Under the pieces are notes generated by a model that searched no databases, was not told the origin of the DNA, and saw nothing but the letters and a program-made list of their open reading frames with translations. Of a DNA stretch of 64,000 bases, positions 49,288 to 59,628 are shown one piece after another. The DNA comes from Methanothrix sp. (GTDB lineage: Archaea; Halobacteriota; Methanosarcinia; Methanotrichales; Methanotrichaceae): contig OY821645.1 of NCBI GenBank assembly GCA_963682135.1, positions 2,304,001-2,368,000 of the forward strand, in the 5' to 3' direction. Position numbers and translations under genes: made by a program. Each line of letters starts with the position of its first letter. Within the stretch, counting starts at the first letter, position 1.

Positions 49288-52200
49288 ATGCGAGTGTGTA
49301 TATGCCCAATTACAGTCCTATTGATAATGATTTTCTGTATCAATACAGGTCTTGCTAATATGCCAAATGATAATAATCAGAGCACGCAAAATGATTCTCC
49401 AATTATCAATCCGCATCCAATGATCTTCTCCTTGAAGGAACATCGTTGGGATGATATGTCCGGCACAATAACCTCCAATGCCTCTACCTTCAAGGACAGT
49501 CTGGGCCGGAGCCACATCTTCGTAATAGGTGCAGATAATGGGCTTTGGGACAACGTTGATGGTGTCTGGCAAGGATTGGGAGGGACTATAACCTCAGTCC
49601 CTTGCGCAGTTGAAGATCGCCAGGGAGTAACCCACATCTTCGTCATTGGAACTGATGGTGCTCTCTTTGATCGAGTATTGGGCACGGGCTGGACTAATCT
49701 TGGTGGTTACGTCACATCTAATCCCAGCGCAGCTCTGTCTCCGGATGGACATATTAAGATCGCAGTTAAGGGCGGTGACAATAGCTTATGGGTAAAAGAC
49801 CTGACCACAGGAGAATGGTCCGGTCTGGGCGGCAAAATAACCTCGAACCCCCAGCTGATATTCGATCTTCACGGTAAGATGCACGTTCTGGCCCAAGGTG
49901 GTGACGGAGCCTTGTGGGACAACGTAGATGGTAACTGGCAATATCGAGGAGGTTTGATGACTTCTGACGCCAGACCGATAATTAACCCGTTTAATCCAAG
50001 ATTCATTTATACCTCTGTTCGAGGTATAGATGGTGCCCTGTGGTGCAATGCTCTGGATACTGCATCGGGCACCTCCACATGGACGGGGCTTGGTGGCCTC
50101 ATAGCGGGCACACCGTCTCCTTCCGTAGATACTGATGGTATGCTGCACAACTTTGTTCGGGGCGGTGATGGTGGGCTGTGGGATAATGTGGACGGCGGCT
50201 GGTATGGTCTGGGCGGGTTAATTGTCTCAGATCCTTGTGCCTTTCGGGATAAAGACGGAAAGCTGCGTGTTGCAGTTGTAGGTGGAGCTAATGGATTGTG
50301 GGTCAACACAATAGGAATAGGCATGACTCCCACAACACTGGTAGGTTCATTTGCCTGTGACTACAATAAAATCCAGTCGGCTATAAATGCAATAAGTTCG
50401 GGCGGAATAATAAAGGTGCTTAGTGGTAGCTACCCAGAGGATGTTAACATCGACAAAGAACTAACCCTTATCGGGATTGGTAATCCCACTGCCAGCAGCT
50501 TTGCTTTAAATACAATATTGGGAACAGATTCCGGAGGAATAACTGCACCTCTAATAACTGTGAACACCGGATTCAAGATCCAGCAAGGAATCGATCTGGC
50601 AAATACAGGCGCATCAGTCAATGTAAACGGGGCAGCAGGATACACTTATCGTGATGATCTGACCCAGAGCTTCTATGCAAGAGGCATCACTCTTACTGGC
50701 ATCAATAATCCGGTCATCAACAGTTTCACGCTGAATCAGGACATAGCTGGAAGGATCCGCGGAATAACGGCCAATACCGTAAATGTGAATGCAAATGCTA
50801 AGATCCAGCAAGGAATTGATCTGGCAAATACAGGCGCATCAGTCAATGTAAACGGGGCAGCAGGATACACTTATAGCGATGATCTGACCCAGAGCTTCTA
50901 TGCAAGAGGCATTACCCTAAATGGCATCAATAATCCGGTCATCAACAGCTTCACGCTGAATCAGGACATAGCTGGAAGGATCAGCGGCATAACTGCCAAT
51001 AACGTAAACGTGAATGCAAATGCCAAGATCCAGCAAGGAGTTGATCTGGCAAATACAGGCGCATCAGTCAATGTAAACGGGGCAGCAGGATACACTTATT
51101 GCGATGATCTGACCCAGAGCTTCTATGCAAAAGGTGTCACTTTAACGGGAATTAATAATGCTGTAACAAAGAGCATTTCCCTGGATCAACTGCTAGCCGG
51201 AAAGATCAGCGGAATAACGGCCAAGACAGTAAACGTTCTGAATCCTAATGCTAAGATACAGGAAGGAGTAACCATTGTCAATTCAGGCGGGACAATTAAT
51301 GTGGGGGCTGGAAATTACCTTGAAGATGTAGATATCAACAAAGACTTAGTCCTCATAGGAACCGGCAACCCTATTGTCGCCAGCATCTCATTGAACGCAG
51401 CACTCGGAACATGTCCCTACGGTATCTATGCATCGAAAGTTACCGTTAATCCCCCATCCAAGATTCTTGATAGTATCTTGATATCGTCGAAGGATGTATT
51501 TGTTAATGGAGTTGCAGGATATACTTATGGGGATGATCTGACCCAGAGCTTTTATGCAAGAGGCATCACCCTAACTGGCATCAATAATCCGGTCATCAAC
51601 ACCTTCACGCTGGATCAGGACGTGGCTGGAAGGATCAACGGAATAACGGCCAATAACGTAAACGTGAATGCAAATGCCAAGATCCAGCAAGGAATTTATC
51701 TGGCAAATACAGGCGCATCAGTCAATGTAAACGGAGCTGCCGGATACACTTATAGCGATGATCTGACCCAGAGCTTCTATGCAAAAGGTGTCACTTTAAC
51801 GGGAATTAATAATGCTGTAACAAAGAGCATTTCCCTGGATCAACTGCTAGCCGGAAAGATCAGCGGAATAACGGCCAAGACAGTAAACGTTCTGAATCCT
51901 AATGCTAAGATACAGGAAGGAGTAACCATTGTCAATTCAGGCGGGACAATTAATGTGGGGGCTGGAAATTACCTTGAAGATGTAGATATCAACAAAGACT
52001 TAGTCCTCATAGGAACCGGCAACCCTATTGTCACCAGCATTTCATTGAACGCAGCACTCGGAACATGTCCCTACGGTATCTATGCATCGAAAGTTACCGT
52101 TAATCCCCCATCTAAGATTCTTGATAGTATCTTGATATCGTCGAAGGATGTATTTGTTAATGGAGTTGCAGGATACACTTATAGCGATGATCTGACCCAG

Positions 52201-54942
52201 AGCTTCTATGCAAGAGGCATCACCCTAACTGGCATCAATAATCCGGTTATCAACAGCTTCACGCTGGACCAGGACATAGCTGGAAAGATCAGCGGCATAG
52301 CGGCCAATACCGTAAATCTAAATGCAAATGCAAATGCCAAGATTCAGCAAGGAATTGATCTGGCAAATACAGGCGCATCAGTCAATGTAAATGGGGCAAC
52401 CGGATATACTTATGGGGATGATCTGACCCAGAGCTTCTATGCAAGAGGCATCACCCTAACTGGCATCAATAATCCGGTCATCAAGAGCTTCACGCTGAAT
52501 CAGGACATAGCTGGAAGGATCAGCGGAATAACGGCCAATACCGTAAATGTGAATGCAAATGCTAAGATCCAGCAAGGAATTGATCTGGCAAATACAGGCG
52601 CATCAGTCAATTTAAACGGGGCTGCCGGATACACTTATAGCGATGATCTGACCCAGAGCTTTTATGCAAGAGGCATCACCCTAACTGGCATCAATAATCC
52701 GGTCATCAAGAGCTTCACGCTGAATCAGGACATAGCTGGAAGGATCAGCAGAATAACGGCCAATACCGTAAATGTAAATGCAAATGCCAAGATCCAGCAA
52801 GGAATTGATCTGGCAAATACAGGTGCATCAGTCAATGTAAATGGGGCAGCAGGATACACTTATAGCGATGATCTGACCCAGAGCTTCTATGCAAGAGGCA
52901 TCACCCTAACTGGCATCAATAATCCGGTTATCAACAGCTTCACGCTGGACCAGGACATAGCTGGAAAGATCAGCGGCATAACTGCCAATCATGTAAATGT
53001 GAATGCAAATGCCAAGATCCAGCAAGGAATTGATCTGGCAAATACAGGTGCATCAGTCAATGTAAACGGGGCAGCCGGCTACACTTACAGCGATGATCTG
53101 ACCCAGAGCTTCTATGCAAGAGGTGTGACTTTAACGGGAATTAATAATGCTGTAACAAAGAGCATTTCCCTGGATCAACTGCTAGCCGGAAAGATCAGCG
53201 GAATAACGGCCAAGACAGTAAACGTTCTGAATCCTAATGCTAAGATACAGGAAGGAGTAACCATTGTCAATTCAGGCGGGACAATTAATGTGGGGGCTGG
53301 AAATTACCTTGAAGATGTAGATATCAACAAAGACTTAGTCCTCATAGGAACCGGCAACCCTATTGTCACCAGCATTTCATTGAACGCAGCACTCGGAACA
53401 TGTCCCTATGGTATCTCTGCATCGAAAGTTACCGTCAATCCTCCATCCAAGATTCTTGATAGTATCTTGATATCGTCGAAGGATGTATTTGTTAATGGAG
53501 TTGCAGGATATACATATGGGGATGATCTGACCCAGAGCTTCTATGCAAGAGGCATCACCCTAACTGGCATCAATAATCCGGTTATCAACAGCTTCACGCT
53601 TAATCAGGACATAGCTGGAAGGATCCGCGGAATAAGGGCCAATACAGTAAATGTGAATGCAAATGCCAAGATCCAGCAAGGAATCGACCTGGCAAATACA
53701 GGTGCATCAGTCAATGTAAACGGGGCAGCAGGATACACGTATCGTGATGATTTGACCCAGAGCTTTTATGCAAGAGGCATCACCCTAACTGGCATCAATA
53801 ATCCGGTCATCAACAGCTTCACGCTGGACCAGGACATAGCTGGAAGGATCAGCGGCATAACTGCCAATACCGTAAATGTAAATGCAAATGCCAAGATACA
53901 AGATGGTGTCATCCTTGCATCTTCTGTAGGAACAGTCAATGTGGCGGCTGGGAATTATAGAGAGAACGTTATGGTTGACAAGTCACTGACCGTAAACGGG
54001 GCGGGAGCTGGTAGCAGTATAGTTGATGGCAACAAAGCAGGCTCAGTGTTCATTTTGGGTAAGAATGATACCAACGTGGATGTATCTCTGTCTGGCATGA
54101 CATTAACCGGTGGTACTGGTTCTCAGGATACCGGTGGAACATTTGGTGGCGGTATCATCAACTATGGCAGCTTGTTAGTGACGGACTGCGCAATATCAGG
54201 AAATACCGCAGGTTGGGGTGGTGGCATTCAAAATTCCGGTATAGCGACTATATCTGATACCACAATATCCGGCAACATGGCAAACATCGAGGGTGGCGGG
54301 ATTAGCAGCAGTGGAACCTTGACCGTGAATAACGATAGCATATCCGGGAATACTGCAAACGATGGCGGTGGTGGGATTGGCAACAGCGGTACCTTGACCA
54401 TGAATAGCGGTAGCATAACAGAGAACACAGCAACCGACGGTGGCGGGATTTGCAGCCTGGGTGGCACAGTGAACATAGATGGTGGCAGCATAAACAAGAA
54501 CATGGCAAAAGTGAGTGGCGGCGGGATTTACAGCCAGGGTACTGTGCATCTGCATGGAGGCAACATAACCGGGAACGTAGCTTCGGACGGGGGAGGAATT
54601 TACAGCAGCGGAACCATAACCATGAACAAAGGTAGCATAAACAGGAACACCGCAAACAACGGTACAAGCGGCGGTATTTTCAATACTGGCACCTTGAACC
54701 TGGGCGGAGGTAACATAACCGAGAATACAGCAACCAATGAAGAAGGAGTATATTCCCCCATCTATTCGCATATTGCATTTTATGGCGAACAAGTTGTTAT
54801 AAAATCTAACAAGGCGCATCTACCATCGCCTTCTGAATTGAATTGGTATCAGGGATGGGGAGTCTATTTAGAAAATGGCACACCTGCTACAACAGGTAAC
54901 TTTAATCAGGCAACACAAGTGACGGGCAACATCCATATTTAG
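49288..54942 (+). CDS. Giant secreted/surface protein: lectin-like beta-propeller, tandem repeats, C-terminal Pmp-like beta-helix
   Basis: Signal peptide; about six to seven H.FV.G.DG.LW...W.GLGG blades; repeat region; GGGI.N.GTLT repeats. ORF track start is 49267; GGGAG SD favours 49288. Confidence 0.85.
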   Translation: MRVCICPITVLLIMIFCINTGLANMPNDNNQSTQNDSPIINPHPMIFSLKEHRWDDMSGTITSNASTFKDSLGRSHIFVIGADNGLWDNVDGVWQGLGGTITSVPCAVEDRQGVTHIFVIGTDGALFDRVLGTGWTNLGGYVTSNPSAALSPDGHIKIAVKGGDNSLWVKDLTTGEWSGLGGKITSNPQLIFDLHGKMHVLAQGGDGALWDNVDGNWQYRGGLMTSDARPIINPFNPRFIYTSVRGIDGALWCNALDTASGTSTWTGLGGLIAGTPSPSVDTDGMLHNFVRGGDGGLWDNVDGGWYGLGGLIVSDPCAFRDKDGKLRVAVVGGANGLWVNTIGIGMTPTTLVGSFACDYNKIQSAINAISSGGIIKVLSGSYPEDVNIDKELTLIGIGNPTASSFALNTILGTDSGGITAPLITVNTGFKIQQGIDLANTGASVNVNGAAGYTYRDDLTQSFYARGITLTGINNPVINSFTLNQDIAGRIRGITANTVNVNANAKIQQGIDLANTGASVNVNGAAGYTYSDDLTQSFYARGITLNGINNPVINSFTLNQDIAGRISGITANNVNVNANAKIQQGVDLANTGASVNVNGAAGYTYCDDLTQSFYAKGVTLTGINNAVTKSISLDQLLAGKISGITAKTVNVLNPNAKIQEGVTIVNSGGTINVGAGNYLEDVDINKDLVLIGTGNPIVASISLNAALGTCPYGIYASKVTVNPPSKILDSILISSKDVFVNGVAGYTYGDDLTQSFYARGITLTGINNPVINTFTLDQDVAGRINGITANNVNVNANAKIQQGIYLANTGASVNVNGAAGYTYSDDLTQSFYAKGVTLTGINNAVTKSISLDQLLAGKISGITAKTVNVLNPNAKIQEGVTIVNSGGTINVGAGNYLEDVDINKDLVLIGTGNPIVTSISLNAALGTCPYGIYASKVTVNPPSKILDSILISSKDVFVNGVAGYTYSDDLTQSFYARGITLTGINNPVINSFTLDQDIAGKISGIAANTVNLNANANAKIQQGIDLANTGASVNVNGATGYTYGDDLTQSFYARGITLTGINNPVIKSFTLNQDIAGRISGITANTVNVNANAKIQQGIDLANTGASVNLNGAAGYTYSDDLTQSFYARGITLTGINNPVIKSFTLNQDIAGRISRITANTVNVNANAKIQQGIDLANTGASVNVNGAAGYTYSDDLTQSFYARGITLTGINNPVINSFTLDQDIAGKISGITANHVNVNANAKIQQGIDLANTGASVNVNGAAGYTYSDDLTQSFYARGVTLTGINNAVTKSISLDQLLAGKISGITAKTVNVLNPNAKIQEGVTIVNSGGTINVGAGNYLEDVDINKDLVLIGTGNPIVTSISLNAALGTCPYGISASKVTVNPPSKILDSILISSKDVFVNGVAGYTYGDDLTQSFYARGITLTGINNPVINSFTLNQDIAGRIRGIRANTVNVNANAKIQQGIDLANTGASVNVNGAAGYTYRDDLTQSFYARGITLTGINNPVINSFTLDQDIAGRISGITANTVNVNANAKIQDGVILASSVGTVNVAAGNYRENVMVDKSLTVNGAGAGSSIVDGNKAGSVFILGKNDTNVDVSLSGMTLTGGTGSQDTGGTFGGGIINYGSLLVTDCAISGNTAGWGGGIQNSGIATISDTTISGNMANIEGGGISSSGTLTVNNDSISGNTANDGGGGIGNSGTLTMNSGSITENTATDGGGICSLGGTVNIDGGSINKNMAKVSGGGIYSQGTVHLHGGNITGNVASDGGGIYSSGTITMNKGSINRNTANNGTSGGIFNTGTLNLGGGNITENTATNEEGVYSPIYSHIAFYGEQVVIKSNKAHLPSPSELNWYQGWGVYLENGTPATTGNFNQATQVTGNIHI
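50575..53900 (+). repeat. Intragenic tandem repeat array: 225-nt units interspersed with three 429-nt units
   Basis: GATGAT(C/T)TGACCCAGAGC anchor at 50653, 50878, 51103, 51532, 51757, 52186, 52417, 52642, 52867, 53092, 53521, 53746. Confidence 0.95.
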
Positions 54943-55101
54943 TATCCTATGGCCAGAAATGGGGTGAATGGGAAGACTGCCCATCTTTACCCAGAAGCGT
55001 GTAGGGCCGGTGCAGTCTTCCTTGCCACAGATACTATATGCACCGGCCTTCTATAAAGCCGCAAGCCGCGCGGGGTGAAAGTGTTTTTTCCAGTATCTTC
55101 T

Positions 55102-55926
55102 TTAAATCTTCTCCGGCTTTTCCAGCAGATGGGTCTTGGTCATTATCTCGCCAGTGCGGGCATGGGGCCGGCGGGAGACGCTGTCGTTGGCCTTTTCCAG
55201 CTCTCGGGATTCGTCCGCCAGGCGGCCAGCGGCTCGCATGACCTCATGGCCTGCAGCGGCGGCGAGAGCTATCGCCTCCAGCTCCTTAAGGCGGAAGCAG
55301 GCTGCAGCATCGATGCCGGCCACGGTCTGCGCCATGTAAAGAGCCCCCACGGCCTTGGCGCGGGCGTACGGGTTGCCAAAGCGCATGCGCTCGGCGCACT
55401 TCTCTGGCGTGGCCAGGATAGCCGGAAGCTTTGCCTCTCCGGCGGCAATGTCGGCCATGGCGCCGTCCAGCTCCTCCTGCACCAGTCGGATGGCTCCGCA
55501 GGCCGCTAAAACCTTCAGTGCGTCGGAGTTAAAGAGGGCCATCTCCGCCGGATCAAGGAACTCGCGTTTGGCACCGATGAGCGGGTCCATGGGCAGGATG
55601 ATGTAGCCAAAGCCTTCTGCCGCCAGAGCATCGCGCGACTCCTTCTTGGAGGGGCCATCGGAAATGACAATGGTGGGCAGGCCTTTGAACAACTCGCGCG
55701 CCGCCGTGGGGCCGGCGGTCGCGGCGTTGGGGCTGCTGATGACTACCAATTGTGGTTTCCAGGCCAGCAATTCGGCTGCGGCTTCGCCTTCCTTCTTGGT
55801 CATCTTGGGGCCGAAGCTGACGATTTTAAATTCTATGTCGGATCTTTCCGCGATCTCATCCAGGGAAAGGTCAATAGCCGTAGATGTGGCTATATTTCCC
55901 AGCTTCACAAAACCTATCTTAAACAT
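55102..55926 (-). CDS. mtd: F420-dependent methylene-H4MPT dehydrogenase
   Basis: KIGFVKLGNIA, SPNAATAGP, DPLIGAKREFLDPAEMALFNSD, NPYARAKA. Confidence 0.96.
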   Translation of the reverse strand: MFKIGFVKLGNIATSTAIDLSLDEIAERSDIEFKIVSFGPKMTKKEGEAAAELLAWKPQLVVISSPNAATAGPTAARELFKGLPTIVISDGPSKKESRDALAAEGFGYIILPMDPLIGAKREFLDPAEMALFNSDALKVLAACGAIRLVQEELDGAMADIAAGEAKLPAILATPEKCAERMRFGNPYARAKAVGALYMAQTVAGIDAAACFRLKELEAIALAAAAGHEVMRAAGRLADESRELEKANDSVSRRPHARTGEIMTKTHLLEKPEKI

Positions 55927-56194
55927 GCCGTTACGAAAGGCACAGCGAAGATAAAAGGGTTTTGTGGCTCTTTCATTTGGTCATAATTGACAAAAGTTGA
56001 TAGAATTCCACTTGAAGCTACAATGGCTCTGATAATTATTGCATTTTTTGGCAACCGCGCGCTATCTTACGGATTGTAACTTCCTATTTATTAATTTTTC
56101 TAAAAATAGTAGTAATAAGTAACTATGTTTGGTGATGATTTAGATTATTGTATTATAAATTTAACCATGCCACAAATTCTTTATACGAAATCAA

Positions 56195-57808
56195 ATGAAT
56201 CGTAGCCAAAAATGTAGGAGCTTTATGAGACGCAGTTTGTATAAGCTTACCTTCGTGCTGCTTCTTTCCATACTGATTTTGGGCACCGCATGCCAGGGTG
56301 GGGAGAATTCCAGCGGGACGGTTCTAAAGATCGGCACGCCCAATGTAGTTAAATCTGCCAGCATTCTGGGAGACAGCAACATGGGCGTCTTGGCCCACCT
56401 TTCCAATCCCACTCTGATGAAGATGGACGAAAAAGGAAAGATAGTAGGCTTGACGGCAAAAAGCTATGAGGTCTCGGAAGATGGAAAGGTCTGGACGTTT
56501 CCCATCAACGACGACCTGTACTGGAGCGACGGCCAAAAGCTGACGCCTGACGACGTACAGTTCACCTTCAGCTATCTGAGAGAAAACTATCCTGCCGCGG
56601 GCTGGATGAAGAATACGGTGGACAACATATCAGTGGAAGGCGACAGCGTGGTCTTCAAGCTGAATAAGCCCTACTCCCGGCTGAACCTGGAGTTTGCCAC
56701 CTATCCCATTCTGGCCAAACACATCTGGGAAAAGGTGGATAAGCCCGTGGAATACACCAACGAAGGGGAGAACGTAGGCTGTGGTCCCTTCTACATCGCC
56801 AAGACAGACCTTGGTGCAGGAGTTATTTACTTCCAGAAGAATCCCTATTGGAAGGGAGCATCCCCCAAATTCGATTCCCTGGAGATTCACACCTATAGCA
56901 ATATGGACGTTCTTTCCCTGGCCCTGGAGAAGGGTGACGAGGATGCCTACTACAAGTATGCAGGAACCTATCCCTACGCCAGCATGCAAAAGCTCAAAGA
57001 TACCGGCAACTTCGATTTTGTAGAGAAGGACAATATTGGACTTATATTCCTGGGCATGAACCTGCAAAAGCAGCCTATGTCGGATATCAGCTTCAGAAAA
57101 GCCCTCTCTTACGCCATTAATTACAGCGAGATTTTAAAGCTTGATGCATTGGGATACGGCCAGGTTCCAAACACCGGTTTCGTACCTCCCAGCATGATGG
57201 ACTTTAAGGAGACGGCTAAGCTCGATCACAACCTCACCCAGGCAAAGAGCATTCTTGAAGATGCCGGATACAAAGACACCAATGGAAATGGCATCGTGGA
57301 GGGCAAGGACGGCAAAGACATAAAACTTACATTCCTCACAAGAACCGACTACCAGCGAACGGCAGAACTCATGGTAGAATACCTGAAGCTTCTCGGAATC
57401 GACAGCGAATTGAAGAATGTAGATTCGAGCACCTGGATCAAGCAGAAGGATGCTGGCGAGTACGATCTGACCATTACAAGGTCCACCCCCTGGGGAATGC
57501 TCATGCATGCCAACTGGGGTACGGGCTACTTCGACTCCAGAAGAACTGGCGAAGGAGTCTTGCATGTGCTTGATGATCCTGTTTTCCTCAAGCTGTGCGA
57601 TGATATTCTCGCCTCCACGAGCGAAGATCAATTGCAGGACTATGCCTATGAACTGCAGGACTACTATGCAGAAAATCTGCCGGCCATAGCTCTATACTGG
57701 AGCAAGGTAGAGACTCCCTACAATCGAGCCTGGCAGGGCTGGTACTCCGACCCGCTCTACGGCATATTCAATGTGGACAATTTCCTCTCCGTGGAGAAGA
57801 GCCAATGA
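56195..57808 (+). CDS. Family-5 (Ni/peptide) ABC substrate-binding protein
   Basis: Signal or lipobox-like ILGTAC; WSDGQKLTPDDV.FT, GCGPF, NPYW, RKALSYAIN. Confidence 0.9.
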   Translation: MNRSQKCRSFMRRSLYKLTFVLLLSILILGTACQGGENSSGTVLKIGTPNVVKSASILGDSNMGVLAHLSNPTLMKMDEKGKIVGLTAKSYEVSEDGKVWTFPINDDLYWSDGQKLTPDDVQFTFSYLRENYPAAGWMKNTVDNISVEGDSVVFKLNKPYSRLNLEFATYPILAKHIWEKVDKPVEYTNEGENVGCGPFYIAKTDLGAGVIYFQKNPYWKGASPKFDSLEIHTYSNMDVLSLALEKGDEDAYYKYAGTYPYASMQKLKDTGNFDFVEKDNIGLIFLGMNLQKQPMSDISFRKALSYAINYSEILKLDALGYGQVPNTGFVPPSMMDFKETAKLDHNLTQAKSILEDAGYKDTNGNGIVEGKDGKDIKLTFLTRTDYQRTAELMVEYLKLLGIDSELKNVDSSTWIKQKDAGEYDLTITRSTPWGMLMHANWGTGYFDSRRTGEGVLHVLDDPVFLKLCDDILASTSEDQLQDYAYELQDYYAENLPAIALYWSKVETPYNRAWQGWYSDPLYGIFNVDNFLSVEKSQ

Positions 57809-58665
57809 GCTGTTGGACGGATCAATGGAAGGATTTCGTCACAAGATCCAGCTATCTGCAAACCCTTGCTGAGGAGAAGATCTCCAACGACCAATTTTGG
57901 AGAAGCTACGGGATATATGACCAGACACTCATGTATTCGGGATACCCGGGAGAGATCCTTGCCAAGATCTCCTCTTTTATTTCTCCGGGGGCGACATTGC
58001 TGGACATTGGTGCTGGAACGGGGGCCTTTGCCATCCCTCTTTCCAGGAAGACTTCCCGGACCATTGCCGTTGATCCGTCTGAATATCAATTGCAGATCTT
58101 ATCGGAGAAAGCCCGGCGAGAGGGCTTGAAAAATATAGTCACTATTAAAAAAGAGTGGAAATATGTGCAGCCCTCTGAGATTTCGGCAGCGAGCGTTTCA
58201 GGAGTGGAGATTTCAGGAGGAGATATTTCCGGAGAGCGTATACCGAGATCGGATATTGATATTCCCGCCGTCGATTATTCCCTGGCGGCCTACAGTCTCT
58301 TCGATGAGGATATCGAACAATTCCTTACCAAGATGATTGATGTTACCAGAAGGGGAGTATTTATCGTCTTTCGAGCAGAAGGCATCGATCCATTGAATAA
58401 ATTTGCTTACGGGCCAAGGCCTTTTGCAGATTACACCTGCCTTCATCACATCCTGAATGATCTGGGTTATCAGTTGGATGTAATGCTATTTCCGAGGAAA
58501 TATTCTCTTCCCATGAACCTGGTGTTCCAACAGCACCGGTTCTGCAAGAAGGGCGGCGAGGAGCTGCTCGGTTACTTGAGCAGAGAAGGTAGGCTGGAGG
58601 AGAGAGCAGACGGAAAATGGGCATCATTCCAGACCGCTGATGCTCTTCTCTACCTGATTCGCTAA
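57805..58665 (+). CDS. Class I SAM-dependent methyltransferase
   Basis: LLDIGAGTGAF, AVDPS. Confidence 0.85.
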   Translation: MSCWTDQWKDFVTRSSYLQTLAEEKISNDQFWRSYGIYDQTLMYSGYPGEILAKISSFISPGATLLDIGAGTGAFAIPLSRKTSRTIAVDPSEYQLQILSEKARREGLKNIVTIKKEWKYVQPSEISAASVSGVEISGGDISGERIPRSDIDIPAVDYSLAAYSLFDEDIEQFLTKMIDVTRRGVFIVFRAEGIDPLNKFAYGPRPFADYTCLHHILNDLGYQLDVMLFPRKYSLPMNLVFQQHRFCKKGGEELLGYLSREGRLEERADGKWASFQTADALLYLIR

Positions 58666-59628
58666 ATGGGAGTCAAAAGACCAATGTCTCTGGCGGCAAA
58701 GAAGGCGAGCCGATACGTTATCGCAATTTTCATCATATTCTCGTTGAACTTTGTCATTCCCAGAGCGATGCCCGGCGATCCTCTCACCAATCTACTGGGA
58801 GAAGATGTCATATTGACGGACAGCACGGTGACGCAACTACGCAGCGAGATGGGCCTGGACAGATCCATGCCATCGCAATATCTCGATTACTGGCAGAGCA
58901 TCCTGCAGCTGGACCTGGGATATTCCTTTCACCTGCATTCACCTGTTTCAGAGATCATATTCACCCGCATGAAGTGGACGCTGCTGCTGGCCTTGCCTTC
59001 TCTTCTCTTGGGCAGCGTGCTGGGAACAGTCCTGGGAGCGCTCGCCGGCTGGAGGTGCGGTGATAGGAGCCAGAAGATGAAGACCGCATTTTTCCTGGGC
59101 GTTTATTGTACCCCACCCTACTTCCTCTGCTTGCTGGCACTCTATCTGTTCTCCTTCAAGTTTGCCCTCTTTCCCTTGAAGGGATTCTATGACACGGGAT
59201 CGGCAACCGACATTGCTCACCATCTTTTTCTGCCCATCCTGGTGATGACCCTATTTTCATTATCGCGAAACTACATGATCATGCGGGGTAGCGTACTTCA
59301 GGAAAAGAGCAGCCTCTACGCGACCTATGCCAGGGCGAAGGGACTCTATGATGATGAAATTTTATTCAGACATGTCTTCAAGAACGCCCTTCTTCCCATC
59401 ATCACACTCTTGGCCATGGATTTCGGTTTTATCCTGAGCGGGGCACTATTCGTCGAGATCGTCTTCTCCATGAACGGCATGGGCAACCTCATCTATGATG
59501 CACTCCTTTCCCGAGACTATCCGATGTTGCAGGGATCTTTTCTTATCATCACCCTCATGGTGGTTTCTGCCAACCTGATAGCCGATATTCTCTACAGCCG
59601 CCTCGACCCGCGAGTGAGGTGGCACTGA
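58666..59628 (+). CDS. ABC permease (DppB/NikB-like)
   Basis: PRAMPGDP, ARAKGL, RHVFKNALLP, RDYP, DPRV. Confidence 0.92.
   Translation: MGVKRPMSLAAKKASRYVIAIFIIFSLNFVIPRAMPGDPLTNLLGEDVILTDSTVTQLRSEMGLDRSMPSQYLDYWQSILQLDLGYSFHLHSPVSEIIFTRMKWTLLLALPSLLLGSVLGTVLGALAGWRCGDRSQKMKTAFFLGVYCTPPYFLCLLALYLFSFKFALFPLKGFYDTGSATDIAHHLFLPILVMTLFSLSRNYMIMRGSVLQEKSSLYATYARAKGLYDDEILFRHVFKNALLPIITLLAMDFGFILSGALFVEIVFSMNGMGNLIYDALLSRDYPMLQGSFLIITLMVVSANLIADILYSRLDPRVRWH

Noticed and set aside
50575-53900. Regularly spaced repeats as a CRISPR array or DGR template
   Set aside because: Units are 225/429 nt, in frame and coding, with no unique spacers, cas genes or reverse transcriptase
54961-55075. Cobalamin riboswitch or HDV-like ribozyme
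   Set aside because: Only scattered words (GGGAAG, GCCAC, AAGCC) match; no intact B12 box or HDV P3/P1.1 pairing, and it lies 3' of both flanking genes
58177-58262. EIS/DISG micro-repeats in the methyltransferase
   Set aside because: Short in-frame low-complexity loop insertion with no sign of function
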